Positions 8,260 through 15,247 of a stretch of 16,877 nucleotides of DNA are shown here, one piece after another. Under the pieces are notes generated by a model. The model had not been told where the DNA came from. It ran no database searches and was given only the letters and a program-made list of their open reading frames with translations. The DNA comes from a virus (lineage: Duplodnaviria; Heunggongvirae; Uroviricota; Caudoviricetes), in IMG/VR virus record IMGVR_UViG_2531839147_000004, one strand, 5' to 3'. A program made the position numbers and the translations under genes. How positions within the stretch are numbered: the stretch's first letter is position 1; each line of letters starts with the position of its first letter.

Positions 8260-9459
8260 TTACTGGCCTACGATTTTAACCTGTTGAAATTTACGACTGT
8301 GGCTGCGACGGATTTGTGCAAGCAGCAACAGCAGGCCGAGCAGAGAAACAATCGCACCGCTGATACCGGTATACACGATACCGGCGTGGCTTATAGTAAT
8401 GCTGCCCAGTACTGATCCCAGCGCTATACCTGAGTTGAAGCCCGCAATATTCAGGCCGGCAGCAACACCATGCGCATGAGGAGCATGTTGCTCAGCGACA
8501 CCAATCAGACGGGCCTGCAGTGCCGGCACTGCGGCAAATGTCACCATACCCAGCAGCGCAACCAGAATGCCCATGCTCACCGGTGAGGATGACAGCAGCC
8601 ACATACCAAGCACGACAACAACAATGCCGCTAATGATGAGTATATTGGCACGATTAACCCCCATGCTGTCGGTAAGTTTCCCACCAAGAATATTACCTAC
8701 CGCAGCTGTAATACCGTAAACCAGCATAAACAGACTCACCGTTGCTCCGGTAACCCCTGTCACCTGCGTCAGAATAGGTGCGATAAAGGTGTAATCCGTA
8801 AACGAGCCTGCATACGCCAGCACCGTAACCAGCGCGCCGGCCAGCAACTTACGGTTAAACAGCATGCCGATATTCTGCATTGCTGAGTCACTATGTTCAC
8901 CGGGCACGCTGCGTACGGGATCTTTCATACCGAACAACAGTCCAAGGAATCCGAACGCGCCAAAAGCGGCAATAGCGCCGAGAACTGGACGCCATGAGAC
9001 CACCCCCCCCAACCATGTACTCAGCGGTACGCCGATTGCCATCGCCAGAGTAAAGCCACCAAATACCACAGCCACCGCTCTGCCTGCTTTACCCGGTCCA
9101 GCAAGACGAGCTGCGGTACTGGATGCCGCAGCCAGAAACAGGCCGTGTCCCAGACCAGCAATGAACCGCGCTAACAGGAGCTGAGGTAATGTGGCTGCAA
9201 ACGCGGCCGCCAGACTACCGGCAGTAAACACAACGGCAGTTGTAAGCATTACATTTTTCCGGCTCCAGCTTGCTGTCAGCGCAGACAGTACGGGTGCCGC
9301 GAACGTTGCCCCCAGTGCATAGGTTGTAACCGCTGCCCCGGTCTGCTCCACACCCACACACAACCCCTGAGCCATAACGTCTGTCAGCCCAATGGGGACA
9401 AATTCCGCGAGTCCGAGCGCAAAGGCACTGATAGTAAACACATAAATAACAAATGGCAT
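8260..9459 (-). CDS. MFS transporter (12-TM, YdhP / drug-sugar efflux-like)
   Basis: 399 aa, highly hydrophobic with repeated TM segments; N-terminal LGLAEFVPIGL motif typical of this MFS subgroup; SD CAGGAG before ATG; first gene of the MFS-ChaC-LysR operon. Confidence 0.85.
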   Translation of the reverse strand: MPFVIYVFTISAFALGLAEFVPIGLTDVMAQGLCVGVEQTGAAVTTYALGATFAAPVLSALTASWSRKNVMLTTAVVFTAGSLAAAFAATLPQLLLARFIAGLGHGLFLAAASSTAARLAGPGKAGRAVAVVFGGFTLAMAIGVPLSTWLGGVVSWRPVLGAIAAFGAFGFLGLLFGMKDPVRSVPGEHSDSAMQNIGMLFNRKLLAGALVTVLAYAGSFTDYTFIAPILTQVTGVTGATVSLFMLVYGITAAVGNILGGKLTDSMGVNRANILIISGIVVVVLGMWLLSSSPVSMGILVALLGMVTFAAVPALQARLIGVAEQHAPHAHGVAAGLNIAGFNSGIALGSVLGSITISHAGIVYTGISGAIVSLLGLLLLLAQIRRSHSRKFQQVKIVGQ

Positions 9460-9675
9460 GACTGGCTCCTGATTTAAGTAAGGAGTGCAGTCTGATTTAG
9501 AAAAACAGATAAATAAAATAATGTAAACTTCAGGCGGGATAAAATTATTTATATCTAAGGCAAAGATTCAATATTCCCACAGCACACAGAAGTTTTCTGT
9601 CTTCAGGGAGAGGAGCTTCGAAAGTTCAGACGAAAAATTCCTGCGGCCCCTTTAAGAGTCAGTTGGCCGGGTTTG

Positions 9676-9699
9676 GTCCGCTCCTCGCTCAAAGCGGAC
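9676..9699. repeat. Dyad element copy C: GTCCGC-N12-GCGGAC (perfect arms)
   Basis: GTCCGC TCCTCGCTCAAA GCGGAC about 220 bp upstream of the MFS operon start. Confidence 0.5.
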
Positions 9700-9878
9700 T
9701 AGAAGGTTAGCTTGCGTCGGACTTGGCGTATTTAAAGAAGTGCTGGTGGTGACTGGTTGTTGTGTTCCATTTCTACAGAACAAAATCACAGAAACTATAC
9801 CCAATAGTTATATTGAATCAATGATGAGACAGCCTCATATTTATCAGAACTGGTGTACGTCCAATACAGGAGGTTGTC

Positions 9879-9968
9879 GTGCTGGTTCTCAAATGTGCGC
9901 TAGCTATTGCGGCTGTAATGGCAATTTATTGTCTTGCTGTTGTTCTTATGGAGCGGCTTTCTGATTGA
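9879..9968 (+). CDS. Candidate small hydrophobic peptide (29 aa, MLVLKCALAIAAVMAIYCLAVVLMERLSD)
   Basis: Consensus SD AGGAGG (9868-9873) exactly 5 nt upstream of GTG 9879; single predicted TM helix. No recognised family; speculative. Confidence 0.3.
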   Translation: MLVLKCALAIAAVMAIYCLAVVLMERLSD

Positions 9969-10110
9969 TTACATACTGGCTAGAAAAAAGGTGTTACCTT
10001 GGTTTATCTTTGTCCGGCAAGGTGCGCTCATTAATCTTAAGTAAATTTATTGCTCAAGTATTCAGATTACTTCTTATGGTTGAAGTCTCCTGTCAATGTA
10101 GAACCAATAT

Positions 10111-10152
10111 ATTTACAAAAATGAGACCCGTCGGGGATAGCCCTGCCGGGTC
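10111..10152 (-). terminator. Rho-independent terminator of the YeaR-like gene
   Basis: 12-bp stem (10125-10136 / 10141-10152, one mismatch, loop ATAG); on the minus-strand transcript it is followed by UUUUU. Confidence 0.55.
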
Positions 10153-10182
10153 TGACTGTTAAAGCATTTTTAATATGATCAT

Positions 10183-10521
10183 CTATTTTTTGGTGCTATA
10201 GACTTTTTCGCCCGAGAAGTCTGGAGCGACCCAAAAGTTAATATTAAACTGAGCATCATCGCTTAGTTCAACACGGTGCCAGTATTGTGGTGGGCTTGTT
10301 GCAAAAGCGCCAGCATTAATGACTACTTTTATCTCCGGTTCAGTAGCATTCTCATCAGTAAAACCATAATATGTTACAGTGCCTTCCATTACGCACAACT
10401 GCCCAAAAACACCTGCTGCTGTATTATGATGTGTTAATAACGCTGAAGGTACGTTCTCTTTTGTGAAGAACGGAGTTGAGCGTTTGATTACCCAATCTTT
10501 AGGAATTCTCTTGTGTGTCAT
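10183..10521 (-). CDS. YeaR-like DUF1971 protein (nitrosative-stress regulon type)
   Basis: Motifs KRSTPFF and FATSPPQYWHRVE fit the YeaR/TehB-C-terminal cupin-like family. Start reassigned to the internal Met (ATG 10521, SD GAGGTGG) because the ORF-track start at 10545 lies inside the upstream operator palindrome. Confidence 0.7.
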   Translation of the reverse strand: MTHKRIPKDWVIKRSTPFFTKENVPSALLTHHNTAAGVFGQLCVMEGTVTYYGFTDENATEPEIKVVINAGAFATSPPQYWHRVELSDDAQFNINFWVAPDFSGEKVYSTKK

Positions 10522-10536
10522 AACCACCTCATCAAA

Positions 10537-10559
10537 AACATGCATTATAAATGCGTGTT
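10537..10559 (-). promoter_or_regulatory. NsrR-type operator (11-1-11 palindrome) overlapping a TATAAT -10 element
   Basis: AACATGCATTA T AAATGCGTGTT, 9 of 11 arm positions symmetric; resembles the E. coli NsrR consensus as I recall it. TATAAT on the gene strand sits at the palindrome centre (10545-10550). Confidence 0.5.
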
Positions 10560-11334
10560 TTTGAGGGTTATGTCAAGCTGTTATGAAACACATAATTGAT
10601 ATGTTGATTAGAGGAGAAGATATAATAAATATGGTTGTTTTTCGTATAACTATTTGTTTTACTTTTAGTTTATGCATTCTGTGTGTTAGGAATAAGTTAT
10701 TAAAGTTTAATCAAAAAATCTCGATGTAGTCCACATAGATTATTGTTACTGAACCTTATTGTGTGTATTAGTTGTGTTCTGAAATTTCAGCTTAATTATT
10801 TATGATGTATTTTTTAACGATAAATATTTTCCCAGGATACCTTTACTGTGTATATAAATAAATTATATACACATAAATAATGTAAAGGCGTCCTTTTAGA
10901 TATATCTTATCAAATGTTAATGACTTGAGTGGGAAATATGATTCCAGCAACTTATCATGTGGCTACTTTATAAAAATAATGCCCATATAAAACAACAAGC
11001 GAAAAGGATTACGGATAAAAAAGGAGCGAGATGTGCGAACTTGTTATTTTCCATGTTTAACCACCTTAAATAATTGATGATGACGGGATGATTGCATCTG
11101 TAATGCTTTTATTGAAATGTTATGATAAAAAAGAACTTTTGCATAACATTAAAATGTAATTTATCTAATCGTTTTTAATAATAAATGTCGTATTTCTATC
11201 CTTGTACCAGCTATTTGATATGTAGTGTTTGTTCATGCTATGTGGGGCTTTACACCATAGCCAGTTTATTTATACTTTATTCGTCAGCCTGAACAACTGG
11301 CATCTGCTGCGCTGCGCCATCGAGAGATTGAGAA

Positions 11335-11934
11335 ATGGCGCATATACAACTGGTCAAACAAACTTCTTCTGGTTTACTTCTCCCGGCGACGCCGGAGAGT
11401 TGCGATTTTCTGCATCAAATCAAAATAGGTGAGTGGATACACGCAGACTTTAAGCGTGTGCGTAACTACGCATTCCACAAGCGTTTTTTCAAACTCCTGC
11501 AACTGGGATTCGATTACTGGACTCCGGTCGGTGGGGCGATCACGCCTCGCGAACGAGAACTGCTGTCTGGTTTCGTTGATTACCTGTGCGAATCAGTTGG
11601 TCGGGAACACACGCCAGCCCTGAGTGATGCCGCAGAGCAATACCTTAACACCGTTGCGACTCGTAGAACCCGGGATACGGCGTTGCTAAAGTCGTTTGAG
11701 GCTTTCCGCGAGTGGGTAACCATTCAGGCCGGATTTTACACCGAGCATATTTATCCGGACGGTAGCCGTGGGCGTCGGGCAAAATCCATCGCTTTTGCGA
11801 ATATGGACGAAGTCGAGTTTCAGCAGGTTTATAAATCTGTACTGAATGTGCTGTGGAACTGGATTCTGTTTCGTAAATTCTCCTCTCAGGAGGAAGTTGA
11901 AAATGTGGCCGCACAACTACTGGAGTTTGCGTAA
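11335..11934 (+). CDS. Lambdoid nin-region protein (DUF1367-like), function unknown
   Basis: 199-aa ORF; stop overlaps next start (TAATG at 11932-11936); family assignment from memory only. Confidence 0.5.
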   Translation: MAHIQLVKQTSSGLLLPATPESCDFLHQIKIGEWIHADFKRVRNYAFHKRFFKLLQLGFDYWTPVGGAITPRERELLSGFVDYLCESVGREHTPALSDAAEQYLNTVATRRTRDTALLKSFEAFREWVTIQAGFYTEHIYPDGSRGRRAKSIAFANMDEVEFQQVYKSVLNVLWNWILFRKFSSQEEVENVAAQLLEFA

Positions 11935-12224
11935 TGGTGAATTTACGTAAAGCGGCTAAAGGCCAGATGTGCCAGATCAGAATCCCTGGCTACTGCAATC
12001 ACAATCCCGAAACCTCTGTGCTGGCGCATTACAGGCTGGCGGGGACGTGCGGAACAGCGACAAAACCACACGATATGCAGGCGGCGATAGCCTGTAGCTC
12101 ATGCCACGATCTAATCGACGGGCGGGTAAAAACCAGCGATTACACCAAAGAAGAATTGCGCCTGATGCATGCTGAAGGGGTTTTTCGCACACAAGAAATC
12201 TGGAGAAAGAAAGGTCATTTATGA
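11934..12224 (+). CDS. YbcO-like (DUF1364) Cys/His-rich putative nuclease of the lambdoid nin region
   Basis: 96 aa; Cys/His pattern CQIRIPGYC...H...C...CSSCHDLID matches the DLP12 YbcO family as I recall it; translationally coupled on both sides. Confidence 0.6.
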   Translation: MVNLRKAAKGQMCQIRIPGYCNHNPETSVLAHYRLAGTCGTATKPHDMQAAIACSSCHDLIDGRVKTSDYTKEELRLMHAEGVFRTQEIWRKKGHL

Positions 12225-12763
12225 TTTACCCAACGAATACAGGAAAAAGCGGAGAACACCTTCGCCTCACCACGCTGGAAAGTGTCTGGATTCAGGGAAA
12301 ACTACGTATGTGGGGGCGCTGGTCGTATATTGGCGGTGGCAGGTCAGGGAATATGTTCAATCAGTTGTTGGCATCCAAAAAACTGACGAAAACAGCCATT
12401 AATGAAGCCCTGCGTAGAATGAAAAAAGCGGGAATAGAGAAAGCTGAGCTGGAAGCGTTTTTGCGAGAGATGATCAACGGCAAGCAAAAGAGCTGGCTGG
12501 CGCATTGTACTGATGCAGAGGCGTTATGTATTGATCGAGTCATAAGTGAGGTGCTGGCAGAGCATCCAGGATTGATTTGCATTCTCCGGCAACGCTATGA
12601 AGGGCGGGGGATGACTAAGCGCAAAATGGCTGAATTGCTAAATGATGGACACCCAGAGTGGTGTTTTAGCACATGCGAAAAACGGATTGCTAATTGGTTA
12701 GCTGTTGCTGAGTATGCCCTATATATTCCCATGCGTGAATCATTTGCTGAGAAAATGGCTTGA
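12221..12763 (+). CDS. Putative late-gene antiterminator Q-like protein (DUF1133-type)
   Basis: 180 aa; last gene before a terminator-bearing spacer and the lysis cassette, the position of Q in lambdoid phages; ATGA overlap with the upstream gene. Confidence 0.5.
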   Translation: MIYPTNTGKSGEHLRLTTLESVWIQGKLRMWGRWSYIGGGRSGNMFNQLLASKKLTKTAINEALRRMKKAGIEKAELEAFLREMINGKQKSWLAHCTDAEALCIDRVISEVLAEHPGLICILRQRYEGRGMTKRKMAELLNDGHPEWCFSTCEKRIANWLAVAEYALYIPMRESFAEKMA

Positions 12764-12839
12764 TTTCTTACGTATAAACTGCTTCAATTTTGCTATGCTT
12801 CGCAAAGCTGTATCGCGAGGCGGATTGCAGACATGGACA

Positions 12840-12860
12840 TCGTAAAAAAACCGCTTAATG
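12840..12860 (+). terminator. Candidate tR'-like terminator downstream of the Q-like gene
   Basis: A7 - ACCGC TTAAT GCGGT - T7; short GC stem flanked by A and T runs. Confidence 0.4.
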
Positions 12861-13189
12861 CGGTTTTTTTACGTCAGGAAAGCAGGGGAGAATGCTGCTA
12901 GTTGGGCAACTGGTCTTTCTGCTCCAAATTATAACAGAGACCAGTTATAGTTTCGGTGCTGTGTTTTTTTACAATATTGTGATAACACATTGCTGGCGGG
13001 AGTTTTGATATTTCTTGGCAGGGGCTGATGATGCGTTATCCTGATGTCGTCAACTCATATAAAATGAGATGAGAGATCATTGCAGGGTGGTTTGTAATTC
13101 GCTGTTTAGCGGGACAATATGTTGTCTGATACAAGACACCCGACGCCTCAGATTACTATAATAAAGACGAAGCATCCTTTGTATTGACC

Positions 13190-13215
13190 AACCGCCTGTT
13201 TAGGCGGTTCTTTTT
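13190..13215 (+). terminator. Rho-independent terminator in the Q-to-lysis spacer
   Basis: Stem AACCGCCT / AGGCGGTT (8 bp), loop GTTT, followed by CTTTTT; TATAAT at 13157-13162 about 30 bp upstream. Confidence 0.5.
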
Positions 13216-13805
13216 GGACTGGTTTATTGTATGCCAAATGATTATTAAAAAGGTTGTGTTAATAACAAAATCCGAAATAATATGCCTGCATATTTTTATC
13301 TTGCTTATATTCTGCATATTGTGCATAGCAGGCTCATCCCTGCAATCAAAACTGTATGATGAGTTATTTTTTTTTCCTTTTTTCCAGTCATCTGATGATG
13401 ACCTGCTTCTTTTTAATCCGGATCGACATCAGTTTTTTAAGATAATTCCTGCGAGTTATATGCATAAATACCACAAACTCCGCATTTTATGTGGTTGGGA
13501 GTTGCCGGGCGCGCAGTGAGTTTGCTAAGAAAACTCCTGCATGGTGAATCCCCCTGTGCGGTGGGGTGATACCATTAACCTTTTCTGTCGCCGACAGGTA
13601 TCACGAACATTTTGTTCACCGGGAGGCACCCGGCACCATGCACTTCAATAGATTCTCTCCACATTATGGATATTCTTTCAGAATATCCCACGCAGACTTT
13701 GTGTAAATGTTAACAAATGTGCGTTTTATTTGATCTGATTCGCTGTTTGAGCGTCCAAAACAACGGTATATATAATCCTTTACTATATGACATATGTGAG
13801 GAAAA

Positions 13806-14234
13806 ATGGGTTTTCGTAGCGCATCAATTCTTACGTTGATTATTAGTGGGATTATTATCGGGTGCACTGATGCTGTATCGACAAATTATCATGACCGTAC
13901 ATCATATTACTCCGATAAAGCAATAGAGACACAGTATGTGAGTTCATCTGAACGTACTTCTGATGTTAGTGAGGATATCCGTCTGTATGCCCATCAAATC
14001 AAGAGCGCCATCGAAAAACAGTTCGGGGATGCGAGTAAGTATTCAGGAAAAGAGTGTACACTGAGAATGCATATGGCCCCGAATGGCCTTCTACTGGAGG
14101 TTAAAAGAGAAAGTGGAGACCTCGATTTATGTCGTGAAGCGATGAATGCGATAAAGAATGCTGATATACCTGCCCCCCCTTCGCCGGAAGTATATAAAGT
14201 ATTTCAAAATGGGGTGCTGGATTTTAAACCCTGA
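13806..14234 (+). CDS. Outer-membrane lipoprotein with TolA C-terminal (domain III)-like domain, paralog 1
   Basis: Signal peptide with lipobox IIGC then Thr; C-terminal ~85 aa align by eye to TolA domain III (QIKSAIE..., GKECTLRM, APNGLLL, GD..LC, IPAPPSPEVYKVF, ending VLDFKP); SD GAGGA before ATG; AT-rich. Confidence 0.7.
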   Translation: MGFRSASILTLIISGIIIGCTDAVSTNYHDRTSYYSDKAIETQYVSSSERTSDVSEDIRLYAHQIKSAIEKQFGDASKYSGKECTLRMHMAPNGLLLEVKRESGDLDLCREAMNAIKNADIPAPPSPEVYKVFQNGVLDFKP

Positions 14235-14384
14235 TATTTATTGTTTTGTAATAAACGGTTTCGGCTTAGGTTTGTTCTGACACAGCTACGGCACTGAGCT
14301 AAATTTAGCGGATAGTCAGCTCTGAGCCAGTGGCGGACGTAACAACTACTATTGCTGAGATTTTAATGGATTGAGGAGCAAGAA

Positions 14385-14780
14385 GTGGGATTAAAGAAAA
14401 TCGTTATGTTGACTTTTTGGGTCGGTTTTGTTGCGGGATGCACACCTTTACACCCTTCAGATTGCCACAAAACTACTGCTACAGGTAGTTGCAGTTCAGG
14501 ACGCTGGGATGATCAGGATGAATGGGGGGCGCAAGCGCGGGGAATCAGAGCTGCAATTAATGCCAAACTTGATGAGCCGCATAACTGGAAAGGGAAAAAA
14601 TGCAGGTTGCATATGGAATTCTCTCAGGATGGCACGGCGTTAAAAATATCTACCAGTAACGGTGATAAAGCCTATTGCGAAGCGATAAAGTCCGCAGCTC
14701 ATAAAGCCAAATTTCCGGCCTTCAACAATCCGGAAGTCTACAGAGATTTTCAGAAATCTGGCTTTGACATGCGAGGTTAG
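14385..14780 (+). CDS. Outer-membrane lipoprotein with TolA C-terminal-like domain, paralog 2 (GTG start)
   Basis: SD GAGGAG 6 nt upstream of GTG; lipobox VAGC then Thr; C-terminal domain shares the GK.C.L.M...DG...GD..C...P...PEVY..FQ...D pattern with paralog 1 (about one third identical by manual alignment). Confidence 0.7.
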   Translation: MGLKKIVMLTFWVGFVAGCTPLHPSDCHKTTATGSCSSGRWDDQDEWGAQARGIRAAINAKLDEPHNWKGKKCRLHMEFSQDGTALKISTSNGDKAYCEAIKSAAHKAKFPAFNNPEVYRDFQKSGFDMRG

Positions 14781-14915
14781 CTCTTCAATTACTATATCTC
14801 ATTCATAGCAAACTGACAGATTTGATGATGTTCTATATACGAAACCTGTGATGTCAAGTCTGAGCTAATACAAATAAACATAATATCAGAGAAATACATT
14901 TTATTAGCTCGCTAC

Positions 14916-14938
14916 GGCGAGCTTTTTATATTGCATCG
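14916..14938 (+). terminator. Rho-independent terminator closing the lipoprotein unit
   Basis: Perfect 7-bp stem AGCTCGC / GCGAGCT, loop TACG, followed by TTTTT. Confidence 0.6.
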
Positions 14939-15031
14939 TCTCCAGCATATATATCAATTAAGGCTCTGATTGATGTGTCTGAAAGCCTACACATAATAAC
15001 TATGCCATCCGTTCCGTGCGGAGGTGAGGCT

Positions 15032-15247
15032 ATGAAATCCATGGACAAAATTTCAACAGACATTGCCTACGGCACCTCCGCAGGCAGTGCTGGCTACTGG
15101 TTTTTACAGTTGCTCGATAGAGTAACTCCGTCACAGTGGGCTGCAATCGGTGTGCTGGGTAGTCTGGTATTTGGCCTGCTGACGTACCTGACAAACCTTT
15201 ATTTCAAGATTAAAGAAGATAAGCGCAAGGCTGCGAGAGGTGAATAA
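15032..15247 (+). CDS. S: Pinholin, phage 21 S-type, with dual-start motif (MKSM...)
   Basis: 71 aa, [71 protein letters not shown], near-identical in layout to S21 as I recall it; SD GGAGGTGA; stop overlaps the next ATG (TAATG). The ORF-track start at 14975 is an upstream in-frame extension. Confidence 0.9.
   Translation: MKSMDKISTDIAYGTSAGSAGYWFLQLLDRVTPSQWAAIGVLGSLVFGLLTYLTNLYFKIKEDKRKAARGE

Noticed and set aside
7561-9184. Plus-strand ORFs 7561..7746, 7577..7783, 8864..9184
   Set aside because: Antisense to the ChaC-like and MFS genes; the 8864..9184 product is Pro/Ala/Arg-rich, typical of reverse-frame reading of a membrane-protein gene.
9600-9740. Possible tRNA or sRNA in the MFS upstream region
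   Set aside because: No T-loop consensus (GTTCGA-type) or cloverleaf could be drawn; the only strong structure is dyad copy C, which lacks a flanking T-run.
9740-10162. Cys-rich 74-aa ORF (9740..9964) and 65-aa ORF (9965..10162)
   Set aside because: The Cys richness comes from a TG-rich stretch and there is no SD or recognisable bacteriocin leader. The 29-aa peptide in another frame of the same DNA has a far better ribosome-binding site. 9965..10162 overlaps the YeaR-like terminator hairpin.
11229-12582. ORFs 11229..11432, 11429..11623, 11645..11914, 11686..11916, 11977..12192, 12169..12402, 12361..12582
   Set aside because: Overlap the three coupled nin/Q-region genes in other frames or on the opposite strand.
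13184-13867. ORF 13184..13519 (111 aa) and minus-strand ORF 13664..13867
   Set aside because: 13184..13519 starts inside a terminator hairpin and is low-complexity in very AT-rich DNA, with no SD. 13664..13867 overlaps the promoter and 5' end of lipoprotein 1 on the opposite strand.
14428-14643. ORF 14428..14643 within lipoprotein 2
   Set aside because: Alternative frame of a gene with clear SD, lipobox and paralog support.
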